Assembly (NCBI GenBank): GCA_030141605.1
Contig: JAQGDQ010000041.1
Location: forward strand, 682,001 to 746,000
Direction: 5' to 3'
Length of the DNA stretch: 64,000 nt
Source: Tubiluchus corallicola
Lineage: Eukaryota > Animalia > Priapulida
This document shows, piece after piece, positions 26,301 to 38,300 of this stretch. The notes under the pieces were generated by a model. It worked only from the letters and a program-made list of their open reading frames with translations. It made no database searches and had not been told where the DNA came from. Within the stretch, counting starts at the first letter, position 1; every line of letters starts with the position of its first letter. Both the position numbers and the translations under genes were made by a program.

Positions 26301-29300
26301 AACAAACCTTATGTTTTCGATCAGGACTAGCAGGATATATCTCGCACGCTTTAGCTAAATTCGAACTCGAATCACTATAGAGCATGCCTAAAACCATGCG
26401 CATGCAGCATAGCTTTACTATTCTCTACATCTGAGGCTCTATGGAATATATGCAAACAAGATAAATACGTCCTCTCACCCAGCCGTAGTGTCAAGCCACA
26501 GCCAAGATTCTGGAAAGTTCTTACGCACTTTCTTTATAGAGGCAATTTGGGTAGTAGAACTAACAATGTCAGGTTTTTTGTCGACGGGAGGACCAACTGG
26601 ACCTCCAGCAGGACCTGGCCGTCCTAGGTCTTGAAATGCGATGCCCACTCTCCATCTAATGCCAGGTAGCGCATCGGGACTAGGAGGGCCAGGCAATTCT
26701 TTAAAGTAATAGGGAAGCGGAATGTCTGAAACAAAACATTACTGGATCTTTAGTTAATATTGCAGTAGTTGAGGAGTACGGCTTCCAACAATAATGCACA
26801 ATTGTTCGTTTAAAACTGTTTTAATCGATTTTGGTTTAGATATCGTGTTTTCATGCAATAATTGATGGGATTTATATACAGGTCTCATATACAGGTATAC
26901 TCATTGAAATTGAAAAGTGAACTAGTAAATCATCTTCAACATTTATACACGGGAAGTGATTCTATGATGATGATGATGACCCGTTTTAGCAAATTTATTT
27001 TAGCATCACTACCCTACTGTGCAGTTTTTATTTACTACGGGTAAACCTATCACTTATTTCATTCCCATACAAGGTTATACGCCCAGAGATACCTGACCTA
27101 AGTTGGTTTTTATTTTTCGTTTTCCTCCTTTAGTCCTCTTCACTGATGTTGATGGCTGAAAAAAAGATTACACTGATGGCTGAAACTCAGTGTAACTGAG
27201 TGAAAGTTTAAGTTTTTCATTGCGTAAGAAGCATTTATCATTTGGTAAACCCCCAATTTCTGTGCACCATACGCGCATGAGAATCGGATTTTCTCAGCTA
27301 AACTATGACCTTTTCTCTAAAGGCTGTAAAGATAATAAGTGTCATCCAGTATTGTCGATTTGAGTCTGTTGAGCACTTCTTCTTGCACTGCCCATTGTAT
27401 CAGCAAACTAGGGTTGTTATGTTTGATAAACTGAACGAAATACTGCTACCTGAAAACCTTAATATGGCTGTCTTGTTATGAACTGTTGAAGTTGTTATAG
27501 TTTGGAAAAGATGAATTTAATTATGTTGTTAACTGTAAAATATTCTAATGTATACATAACTTTATATTTCGTACTAAGCGCTTTCAGTAGCTTTTTTCTG
27601 ATATGAAATGCGTCAGTCTTAAATATTCGTAAATTAATATTTCTTAACTGTCATTTGGTACTAATAGCTAATGTAATCTTGTAGTGAAACTTGTTAAGCT
27701 TGTGTTGATAGAGTCAATGCTTACTGTAAATGTTTTTCTTAATAGTGTATATATTTTGTTGTGGTGAGGATCCTGAATCATGTTTTTTTAAACTGTCTGA
27801 TTCAATCCTATAATAAATTATGTTTAAGCTAAATTGTAACGAGTTAAAATTTTTTAGCGAGTTAAAATTTGTATATATATAATCTCAGGAACAGGAAGCT
27901 TCTGTCAACACAGAATGGAATCCAGCATTTTCCCTTGGCTGTTGCAAAGTTTCAACGGAGACAAGATTCTGTAAAATGTTTCGTACTTTCAACAATCGCT
28001 AAGGGAAGTTTTCTTGTTAGCGCGAAGATATTACTGCTGGCCCGGGATTCATCGCAGCAGTGAGGTTAGGCTTATGATACATTGATACATGATAGAAAGC
28101 GTCCAGCGTCTGGCTGCTCGCTTCCAGCGTTCAGCGTTCACTGGGTAATATTAATAATGTGCAGTAATTGAGAGCGTCTTAACAACATCCCTCACTGTTT
28201 GGTATGGCGCTACCACGCAGGGAGATCGCAATGCTCTTAATCTAGTTGTTAAATTATAGGAATTGAACAGCTATGAGTGAACAGCAATCTATGGCATACG
28301 AGGAAGAATGAGAACATACAAGTATTCCAACTTTCATCATCAAATATGCTATTATTATTAATAATATTATTATTATTATTATAAAGTGCCGAGAAAACGT
28401 AAAAAGCGTTGGAAGTTTACAAAGCATAATTATTTAAAACGCTCCGAACGTATTTCTGCAGGTATACATGTTTTTAAAGCATAATTGTTTATTGTAACTC
28501 ATCAGTAAAAAGTTTTTATTTAACTTGGTTTTAATAGACTTTACACTTTAACTTTAACTAATAGGTTTCAATATTTGCATGATGTTACTAGCCACTATGG
28601 TTTTTGTTTGCTGATTTGTTTGCATGCTTATTTTCCATTTGTTTGTTTATGAATTTATGATGAAGTATAATCTCAGGGCGCAAAGTTTGTCGCTTATCAG
28701 TGAATCACTTGAATTATATTATTTGTTAAAAAGTGTGCTAGATAAGAATAAATATCCCAAGAATTTAAAGAATTCGAAATTTGAAGGAAAAAGCGAAAAT
28801 CCATGGCCCTACAATTTGTGGTTTTTAGGTGTCTATTTTGACCCCATAGTTTTGACTGACAAATTAGCGCCTGCTTGTCTCGTTATCCAGTGACAATTAA
28901 TCTGTGTTAGAAAAGCAACCACCACCACCACCGGTCATGTTAGTTTAAATTTCTAAATAGCAATAATTGCGGTGCTTATTCTGGCTAGCAGAAGGCTGAA
29001 CCTGCAAAGTGAGGTGCGAGCTTCTCACCTTGCTGTTGTATCGACCCACAGCCAAGATTCTGGGAAGTTTTTTCGTATTTTCTTTATTGGGGCAAGTTTT
29101 CCTGGTACTGAAGATGTTTCTGTAGCCACTTTTGGAACCTGTGAACTGGGACCTGAACCTGCGAACGAGAAGGCTAACTGCGGCAAGGCACCCCCATCAG
29201 CAGCACCGAAAAATAATTCTCTCCGAAATATAGGCCATATAGGACGTTCAGGGATCTCTGAAATAGGTTTAGAAAATGAATAATTTAATAAAAATTTATT

Positions 29301-32300
29301 CTAACCAAACCCGATTAAATAAAACACCGGATCCAATGTACATATTTGGTTTCGGGAGAAATAATGGTTAGTACCACAATTGCAGTAACCTTTGATGCAA
29401 TAATAATTTGCTGAACTGCAATTATCCGAACCGCCACCAAAAACAATTTTAACTTTATAGGAATATATATATATATATACGTGTGAACTGTATAAAAATA
29501 ATGAAAATATCGTTTTTTGCTAGATTATATACGAGCTGGCGCTTTTTAGTGGGGAAGCATTTGCCGAATAAACGCACTTTTCTCACTCAAACGGCAAATG
29601 GCAACAGAAGCTACAATGAGACCGTGTCTCTGTCTCCTTTAAAATGTAGTCTACATCCAAAGTTTTAAAAAAGGCTATACCTACCTCTGTATAGGTAAGT
29701 ATCGGTCACAACAGCCAGTTTCGCCTCCCTGAATGTCTCGTAAGCGTCAGAACTGCTGTACCAGTGCCATGGATACAGGATAAAGCTGCGTTTCTTTCTC
29801 TCAGCACGTATGGGGGGACCTCCAGAACGGAGAAAAGGCACAGGCAGACTATCATCGTCGTCAAAGCCATATCCTCTTACGTCATCCAAAACCTGAATCG
29901 AAAAAGAAAATTATTATTAGACGACGGGTTTTTACCAGTAATTACTATATTAGATCTAATCATTATTAGAACGTGTAGCAAATTACAAAAGATGCATTTC
30001 TGTAGACATACTTGATAACTTTGACATAAGATAACTGTTAATAGAGTTTTCAGCCTTTGTCTCACTTGGCCGACAAAGGATTACAACAGACATCCGTGTT
30101 CCCTCTCCTTTTCTCTGATTTACACAGACATTTTATATCAAAGTTATCAGGGACAGAAGTGCAAAGTTTTCTCTAAGTTTTTTCCAAAGCTGCTTTTACG
30201 TGGAGTTTTCGACAGGGATTGCCTTTTCTTCAATTATATAAACTTTAACCAAATTAAGAAGAATATCAATATACATATATAAAGCTTAACTACTTTGCCA
30301 TGGTAGATTATAGACATAGCATTTTTACTACACGTCGTTGCTGCTTGTCAACTTTATTCCGTATATTACATGTATAACCCTTTACAACTAGCAATTCTGA
30401 AGACTCGTTTCGGCTAATTTTTCTAAAACGTCTTTTGAATTTCGAAAAATGATCACAAACTCACCGAATCTGCTGTGATATCATTTCCACCACGTAGTAA
30501 CAAAACTGACTGATCAACTGCCAGTATGCCAATAAAGGACCAAGGTGCTGTGGTGATGTGCAATTTTACTTTGTCTCCTGGCTCAGCCGATTCTTTGTTA
30601 AACCGCAATGCAACCTGCGAATAAGAGACAGCCGTTGATTTGCAATCTCGACAGTGGATTGGGCAAAGGCGGAGAATGTAAAATCCACTTAGTGAATATA
30701 TTACATTTTCCAGCAATGGCATGGCTCTTAATAATTCTAATGCCTATTTTTCGAAATAAGTGCCATCATAGATTACTGAAGGTAGGGCGGTAGGGACATA
30801 GCGCCAAATTATATTTTCTGTAATACAATCCATATAAAGAGAAAATATAACAATTACCTGAAGGGGAAGAAAAGGTAATTTTACCGTATGCCCCAAAGAA
30901 CTTTCCATGCAAACTTATATTACTTAGCATGATGCTCACCTCTGTTTGAAAAACCCATGTAATTGGAAAAGAATATTCTTAATTCTAAAACAAAACCACA
31001 TAATTGTTCATACTTACAATATAAAGTAATTTAAACTTTTGCTTAGTTTGGGAAGAATGTGCTACATATGCGCTGATTATTTTTTAAAACTTTGCGCACT
31101 GTTATCTAAACTTGTTCAAACGACTTACAGTTAAAATGGCTGTGCTTAACAGTCCCCGCAGGTATCTAAATTTACAAGTTTTTCAACGTTATTGCTAATG
31201 CATGCTCTGTATGCAATAAGACCGCATGTAAGTGATACAAAATTTTAAGACGAATTTGCTCAGCTTTATTTATGAAGAGCTTTTTCTTTTGCTTTAACTA
31301 TTACACGGACTAACTCATCAACGTGAATATTAATTTATTACCTATAGTCCTATATCTTCATTTCTGATGGTTGACAGATGGCAGCACTTGTGCCTCTGCC
31401 AAGGAAAATGACGATAAGAGAAGTGGTAAAGAATTAAAAATGGTATCAAGTGTGCTAATGCTAAGTGTGATTTTTCTAATTGCTATTAATAACAATATTC
31501 TTTTCAACTAACCTGGTTGTCAAATCCACCCTGAACTTCAAAGTTAGTTGCATCAGTTATCACCTCTCCACTTCTGTGTATGTAATAAACAAGCATTCTT
31601 GAGCGAGGAGCCATGGCATTGTTTATCTCAATATTGAACTCTTGCTCATTATTTCCCATTGGTACGTAGCCATTGTCTTCAATGTTTCCACGTGATATAA
31701 CCTAACAAAAGGGTTTGTACTTGAAAATGGGCAAGAAGTTCCTCAGATTTAGACAGAAAATTTCAGAGACTGGTAATCGTAATAAAAGAAGAAACAAGAC
31801 AGAATAAAAAGAAATTCGTTCGCTCTCCGTTTTGTCTTCATTTATTCATATATTTATTCATTTACTCATTCATTTCATTATTCTGTCATTCATTTGGCTG
31901 GCCAGTAAGTCAGCCAGTCAGTCGGTTATGCTTTTATTCATTTGTTTTTGTTTATTCACTCACTCGGTCATTTGTTGCTGATTTGTCAATCACTCATTTC
32001 TCACTCATGAGGAATTATTCACTCATTCACTAACGTTTTCACCTTTCTCACCCCATAATTCACAGTGCACCTGCTTATTTTCTGGGCGAGCCCACTAATT
32101 AATCCTTGCTTACCAATTAATTACTTCATTTATTTATTCCGTTATTTGTATCATTAGTTGATTGGTTTTAGACCTGCTATTTAGATTCTTTTATGGAAAA
32201 CTTTCGTTTTAGCTATATAGTTTCCACAAAAATTATCAGAAGGTATGAAATGCGCAAAAAAGTTGAAAACCTACCTGATAATATACTCCGTCGATCACAT

Positions 32301-35300
32301 CTGTTGATTCTACAAGAAAAGTGGCTTGGTCTCCAGCCTGTTGAAAAGAACATTTCTAGTTACATTTCTTATGTTTTGGACAAGATAAAAAATTCACACC
32401 GCAAAGTCAAGTATTTTTATCCATCTTGATAACACAAATGAAATCTCTACTTACCACTAGATCTGCACTCCTTAATCCAACTTGAACAAAAGCTTTCACA
32501 CCAGCTTTATATTCCGACGCACTCTTCCCGGCAGTACTGTCGCCAGTTGATTGAGTATATTTGGCCTAAAAATTACAAAGCAGTGTTTAGTTTTTTCTAA
32601 ATTTAAAATTTTATTAAAATAGACGTAGCAAAAAGTGTAAAAGTATACAATTCTTTGTATAATTAACATGTTCTTCAGATGAAGGAAAAGCAAATTGCAA
32701 CGTAACAATTAATTTTTTTGCGACTGTCACTTTCTCATTTACAGTACTATGCAGAACATGGCTAAAAATTGTGCAGAGAATTAAACCCAGATTCTTTAAA
32801 ATTTCTTACGGCAAAGTTAAGACTTCCATAAATCAACGAAGGAACTTCTACTTGAACCACAACGCGTCCATCAGCTGGTATTGTGTAAGTTTCAATCTTA
32901 CGTTTTGGAAATCTGTGTCTGCTATCCCAACTATAACAAATGAAAAAACAACATCGTTACTGAAGTGGTAAATATTATTTATTATTGCTACCTTTTAAAT
33001 TTTTTAAATAAGTTAACTGTCGTGCGAAAATTTTATATAAGTGCAATCAGTAAAATTCATCATTTGAATAAAGGGTTTTTCACAAAAGCTTGAACAACTG
33101 ATTAAGTGCGCCAACTTTTTTATTTATTTCAACAACTGAAATTGCAAGCTCAAACCCTGTTTCCTGAAGACTGCAAAGTAACAACAACAGCGATACAGCT
33201 ATAGTGTATACAATTTCTATTACAAGCAAAATAAGCTTTTTTAAGGGACGAAAAAAGTTGCAACAAAGAAAGTAAGTTTAATATAAACAGTAAGCCACAG
33301 GCCCATAGCAGTAACTTTTAGACATAATTGGTGTTTATCTTTAATTCTAATTCTACCTTGGCCAATCTGGATTAGCATCTGGATTTTTTTCATCCCATCT
33401 ATAAGTGAGTTCTACTTCTTGAGCATCTGAATCCAACAGCGGCGACCCATCTTGACGTTCAAACGTTATCTAGAAAACAAATTCCTTTATTCTCTAGGAA
33501 ATTAAGAATAATTATAGTTTTCGCAAGCTGTCTTGATAATAAGCATAAAGCGTATCGTAGTAATAAGTACTGAAGTAGAGAAATTGGTTTCGAAAGTTAT
33601 GCATACCACAGCGAAATAAGGTAGCCCGGGCTTGTAGTAATCAGGTCCTTGAAACGTCATTTTCACTGGATGCTGGTACTTGCTCACGTAAGCTTCACCT
33701 GTCAGCTCAACACCAGTTGCCTCCTCGGTCACAATGGCTTCTATTTTTACTCTTCTACCATCTCCAATAATTGACAGGACATTAAAAGTAAAAGTTGCTT
33801 CTCCGTCAATCTGAAAATTCGTAACTGGTTACAACAAGCGTTAGTGCGAATACAAAAATCTATGTTTCAAATAAAATGAGGTATACTATGCTCAACATTT
33901 GGTCACTTTGGTTTTCTTTATTGTTGACAGGTGTACGTATTAACATTTTTACCTGGATAGTTTTTGCGACTATTTTTCTCTCACCATCTAAAAGAGAAAC
34001 CACGGCTTTACCTTTTACTGGACCACCGTGGGTATATCTGAAAAAAGTTAAAAACTGAGTGCTGTTTACACTGAAATCCTATCAATTCATTTTCACTGTT
34101 AAAATTTCCATGTTTGATCGCAAGGAATTACTTTTCACTAAATAATTTTCATGTTTAAAGAATGCAGATGCAGATCTTACTTCATCATTATTAAATTACA
34201 AGCATTTGAAGCAAATAGAATTTTGTTGTTATCGCATAAGGTAAACTAGCCGCTTACCTTGCTCTGACAACACCAGAAAGTTCAAAACTGTCTCCGACTA
34301 AGAACGAGGGAAGATCAACTTTAACTTCAAATCGTGGTAGAACTGAAAAAAGAATAAATTATACTTATTGATTTTTCACCCAATTCATTTTGTAGCTGAT
34401 TAAACTAACAACGTTTCAGCCAAATTGATCGGTTTACTTACGGTAAGATCTAAAACACCAAAGTCATTATTTTGATGGATTCTACTCATTATTCAAAGTT
34501 ATTGTTAATTTTTGGGATTCGGTTATTTGACTTCGGTGATTAAACATCACCGCAAAACGAGCAAAACACAAAAGTTATTTATGCTGGGAGTTCGTAAAAT
34601 TTTGGAAGGCAAAAAACTTACCATATTCTTCGACTTCAAAGTTCTTTGAGGCTTCCTCTCCCTGCATTTGTGAAACAAAAAAAGAGTTTATTTTATACTA
34701 CTCATGTTAGTAAATAGACAATTTTGTTGTCAGCAGGTTAGACTTTATATATGACTTCCATTCTAAGTGTCTGACTGATGAAAGAGCTATTTTAAGAAAA
34801 ACCAGTAAACTACTTACATCAGAGTTAACAGTGATTTTCCACGTGCCGAAAACAGGCTGATCACTTAACATGAAATCCAATGTGGCAACACCTGAACAAA
34901 ACAGGAAAATTTAAAGAACGATAATTTCATGTTTTTTTTTACTGTTACGGTACGGTTTATCATTAAAGTTTGACTCATTCATTACTGCTAGGATGGGCGT
35001 ACGGGCCTATTTTTCGAAGGAGGGCTGAGCCGTTTTCGCTCGAAAAATACAGCACCAACCCGAAAAAAACGCATGCCAACTTCGAGTCGGGAATTGGTCA
35101 ATTGAACCCCATGATCAAAAAATACCCGAATTTCGGGCACTTCATTTGGCGTCATGGAGATATTTCGAGATTTCCTTTTATGAAAAATGTTTTTCATCAT
35201 TTGGCCGGCGCCCGAAAAATTTGGTGATTGCCCGAATCCGGGAGGGGAATGCAGCCCCCAGCCCATACGCATATGACTGCTAGCCTGAGCGAAATGGCAA

Positions 35301-38300
35301 ATTTTTTGATTTACTGATACCTGATCGAGCTTTTGCCAAATGTATAACCAAATTGGTTTATGAAGTTTTTTGACTTGTAACTTGAATGAGAGAGAGAAAT
35401 CGCTGAATAGCTCGCCTGCAAAGTTAAGCAACACCAAGCCGGGATAATAAAAGATGTATAAAAACTGACAAAACGGGCATATGCCTCACGTACTACAGAT
35501 GTCTTGGTGAGGGGGTAGGTGTACACATACGAACATGGCTAAGCTGCCTCTGCCATAATGCAGTAAAAATAATTTGTTCTATTGAGCGAGCATGCTTACC
35601 ATTCACTGTAGCTAAACCGTTCCACTCCACCATTTTATTTCCATTTGAATCTTTAATGTCAACATCTAATGTCCCTCTGTATGGCCTTAGGTAAGGGTTA
35701 ACTGTAATAGCTCTAAACTGAACTGCAAATTTAATCAAAAAGTTTATAGAATAACTGTAGTTGTATTAAGAATGCAATAAACACCATAGAAAACGATCAA
35801 TGGCTAATTACTATTTACCACTAAGTTACAAACAATTTAAAAAATATATCCACGTATGTGGATAACTTCTCCTAACAAAGTTCCTTAGAAAAATTTGTAA
35901 AGCCCTATAGCCGCATATGAGCCTAAATTATGTATTTCTAGCTATTGTAAATAATAGTCTAGCGACGTGCACGGGGGAGTGCTACGGAGCTTGAAATAAA
36001 AAAGGATTTTGACAGAAGAAAATGAGCAATTGGTTTACACTATACATTTAGAATGCTAAATCACTATGCAAAAAGTTTGAACAATAGGAACCCTCTGGTT
36101 TCCTTTTGTAGGTACCCCCAAAATTGTGGATGTAGGCAAAAATAGTGCAGGAAAAGATATTACAGCGACTAGGACACAGAACCACATTACAGCGTCATTA
36201 TTATCTATTCACATCTTGCCATTTTACCGGATCCAACAAACTATGTATTGAATTACTCCGTCTACAATACAGGTACACAATCGGTACGTTTCTGAAAGCT
36301 CTTATGCTAACCTAAACGTACTGTTCTTCTCAATGATATTATATCTTGTTTATTGTATCTTTTTCACACGGGATATAAGCCTTTATTATGATCTCGAGAT
36401 CTACTGTTTAGTTCAAAGGTTTTGTTTAACCTTTTATTGGTATATAAAACAGTTTTGAGGGTAGGGTGGGGTATACGATCTCTTTGAGGCATTAAGCCAG
36501 TGTATCTAATTCTGCTTATGGGAACTCACTGTCCTAGGAAAATTAATGATCTTTTGCTCATTGGAATAGCAGCTGCTGCAAGAGCCGACAGCTGAGCACT
36601 TTCACTTTTCAACAGCACAGAAACAACTCCCAAAATAACTCTCCAGGGAAGTAAAAGTACCTCCCTGGGACTCTGTAAAATCATAAACTGTTGAATGGCA
36701 AGAATGTGGACTATATTCATTCGCCATTCTATTCAGCCTATTGGCCAAATTTAGTATAAAACTTCTGGGTCGAGTTCTTTTAATTATAAATCATCCATTA
36801 TTAAGAAATAAGTACATCGTGTGTTAATTTTTGTACGTACCTTTATCAGACGGTTTGTAAGTTGCTTTGTCTGTCTGTATGAAAACGGACCTTCCCTTCG
36901 AATTGTAATCTAAATCGGTTGTATTATAAAAGCCAAATCCTTCGCCTACTGAAACTGTTCCCCTTCCTTCCACTTCTAATAAATAACTGCCCGGTGTCAA
37001 ATCATTTGGAAGCTAAAATAAACAAGAGGGTATATCAAATACAAGTGTTACTTATTAAATTTAATTAACATAATTTACATAATTGAACAGCGTAGAAATA
37101 ACGCGAGTCGTTTTTACGGGCTATTTAAGCATATTTTGTGCATCTTTAAACACGATTACAATGTTATGTTTACTACAATAAACTTTGGCTGCATTATCTG
37201 CCTGAAAAACAAGTTACTAAAATTACGATATTGCAAGTTATTCTAAACGAGTGGGCCTAATTTAAGAATCAACTTTATTCCGTTTGAATAGCTAATTTCC
37301 AACGAGAATAATAAAACAAAGTTCAAATTGAAATAATTGGGCACGACAATCAAATCAAGAGAGTTGTAGGCATAACTTGTCTCTTCGTTTTACAAATTAG
37401 CCAGAAGAGCATTTGCCACACTTCTCAATTTAAGTAGGGTGATTTTCTGCATACAGTTTAATTAGTCATTTTGAGACGCCCTTGTAAAGCAATCATCTAT
37501 ACAAAGTACAAACTACGTACTCCAGCAATTAATACGTATATATTACGTACTGCACACTCTACACTCTAGCGAGCATACCTGTAACGAAACACTTCCGGGA
37601 ATTCCAGGATCAACTTCAAGTGTTTCTGAAGCAATGACGGCTCCAGGACTTGGCTTCTCCTCTTCCGCTTCTAAACATGGCAATAATGAAAATTTATTGT
37701 ATTGACCAAATTCGAAAATTGATGTTTCTAGTTTTCAAAGTATTATTGTATACCTAAATTAAATGGGACAACGTAAACTAATGTTTATGAAAGAAATTAA
37801 TAGCATCATAATTCCGAATTTTTAAATCTCTAAAATTTCTAAGCTGTTTATTTATGGGTAACGAATTATTACATTCTCTGAAAATAACACTGCCAAACTA
37901 TTGATATAAAAAGTCAAAGTCTTTGTTTAAACTAATTACGACTTTGTTTGGGCAGCGGCTTTCAATGTTTAGACTCAGGAAGTTATCAGTGACCAGTAGT
38001 TAAGTATAATAACCGTTACTATCGAGATACGAGCGAAACATGAGCTTAATGAGCTTACGCAAAGTGAATTGGCTGAAATTTATCATGAAATTTCTAAATT
38101 TCATATTGCCAGCATTTCAGCACTTGATTTCTTGAACAACTTACGCGATGTCTTGTCCCGCCCTGCTATTCCGAGTAAGAAATCTTCTATCTTTTTGTAT
38201 ATACTGACTGTCACTGTTACTTTAGACGTTACGGTGTCCAATATTGTCACAGCGGCGTTGTACGTCATACCAGGGCGTATAACTTGAGGTCCCACAATTA

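Noticed and set aside
19456-29257. Variable exons as separate tandem TEP genes or as consecutive constitutive exons
   Set aside because: No other TEP exon is duplicated, and chaining phase 1-to-2 exons breaks the frame.
34970-35437. 149-aa and 85-aa ORFs in TEP intron 5
   Set aside because: They overlap a GC-rich MITE with an 8-bp TSD and show no recognisable protein features.
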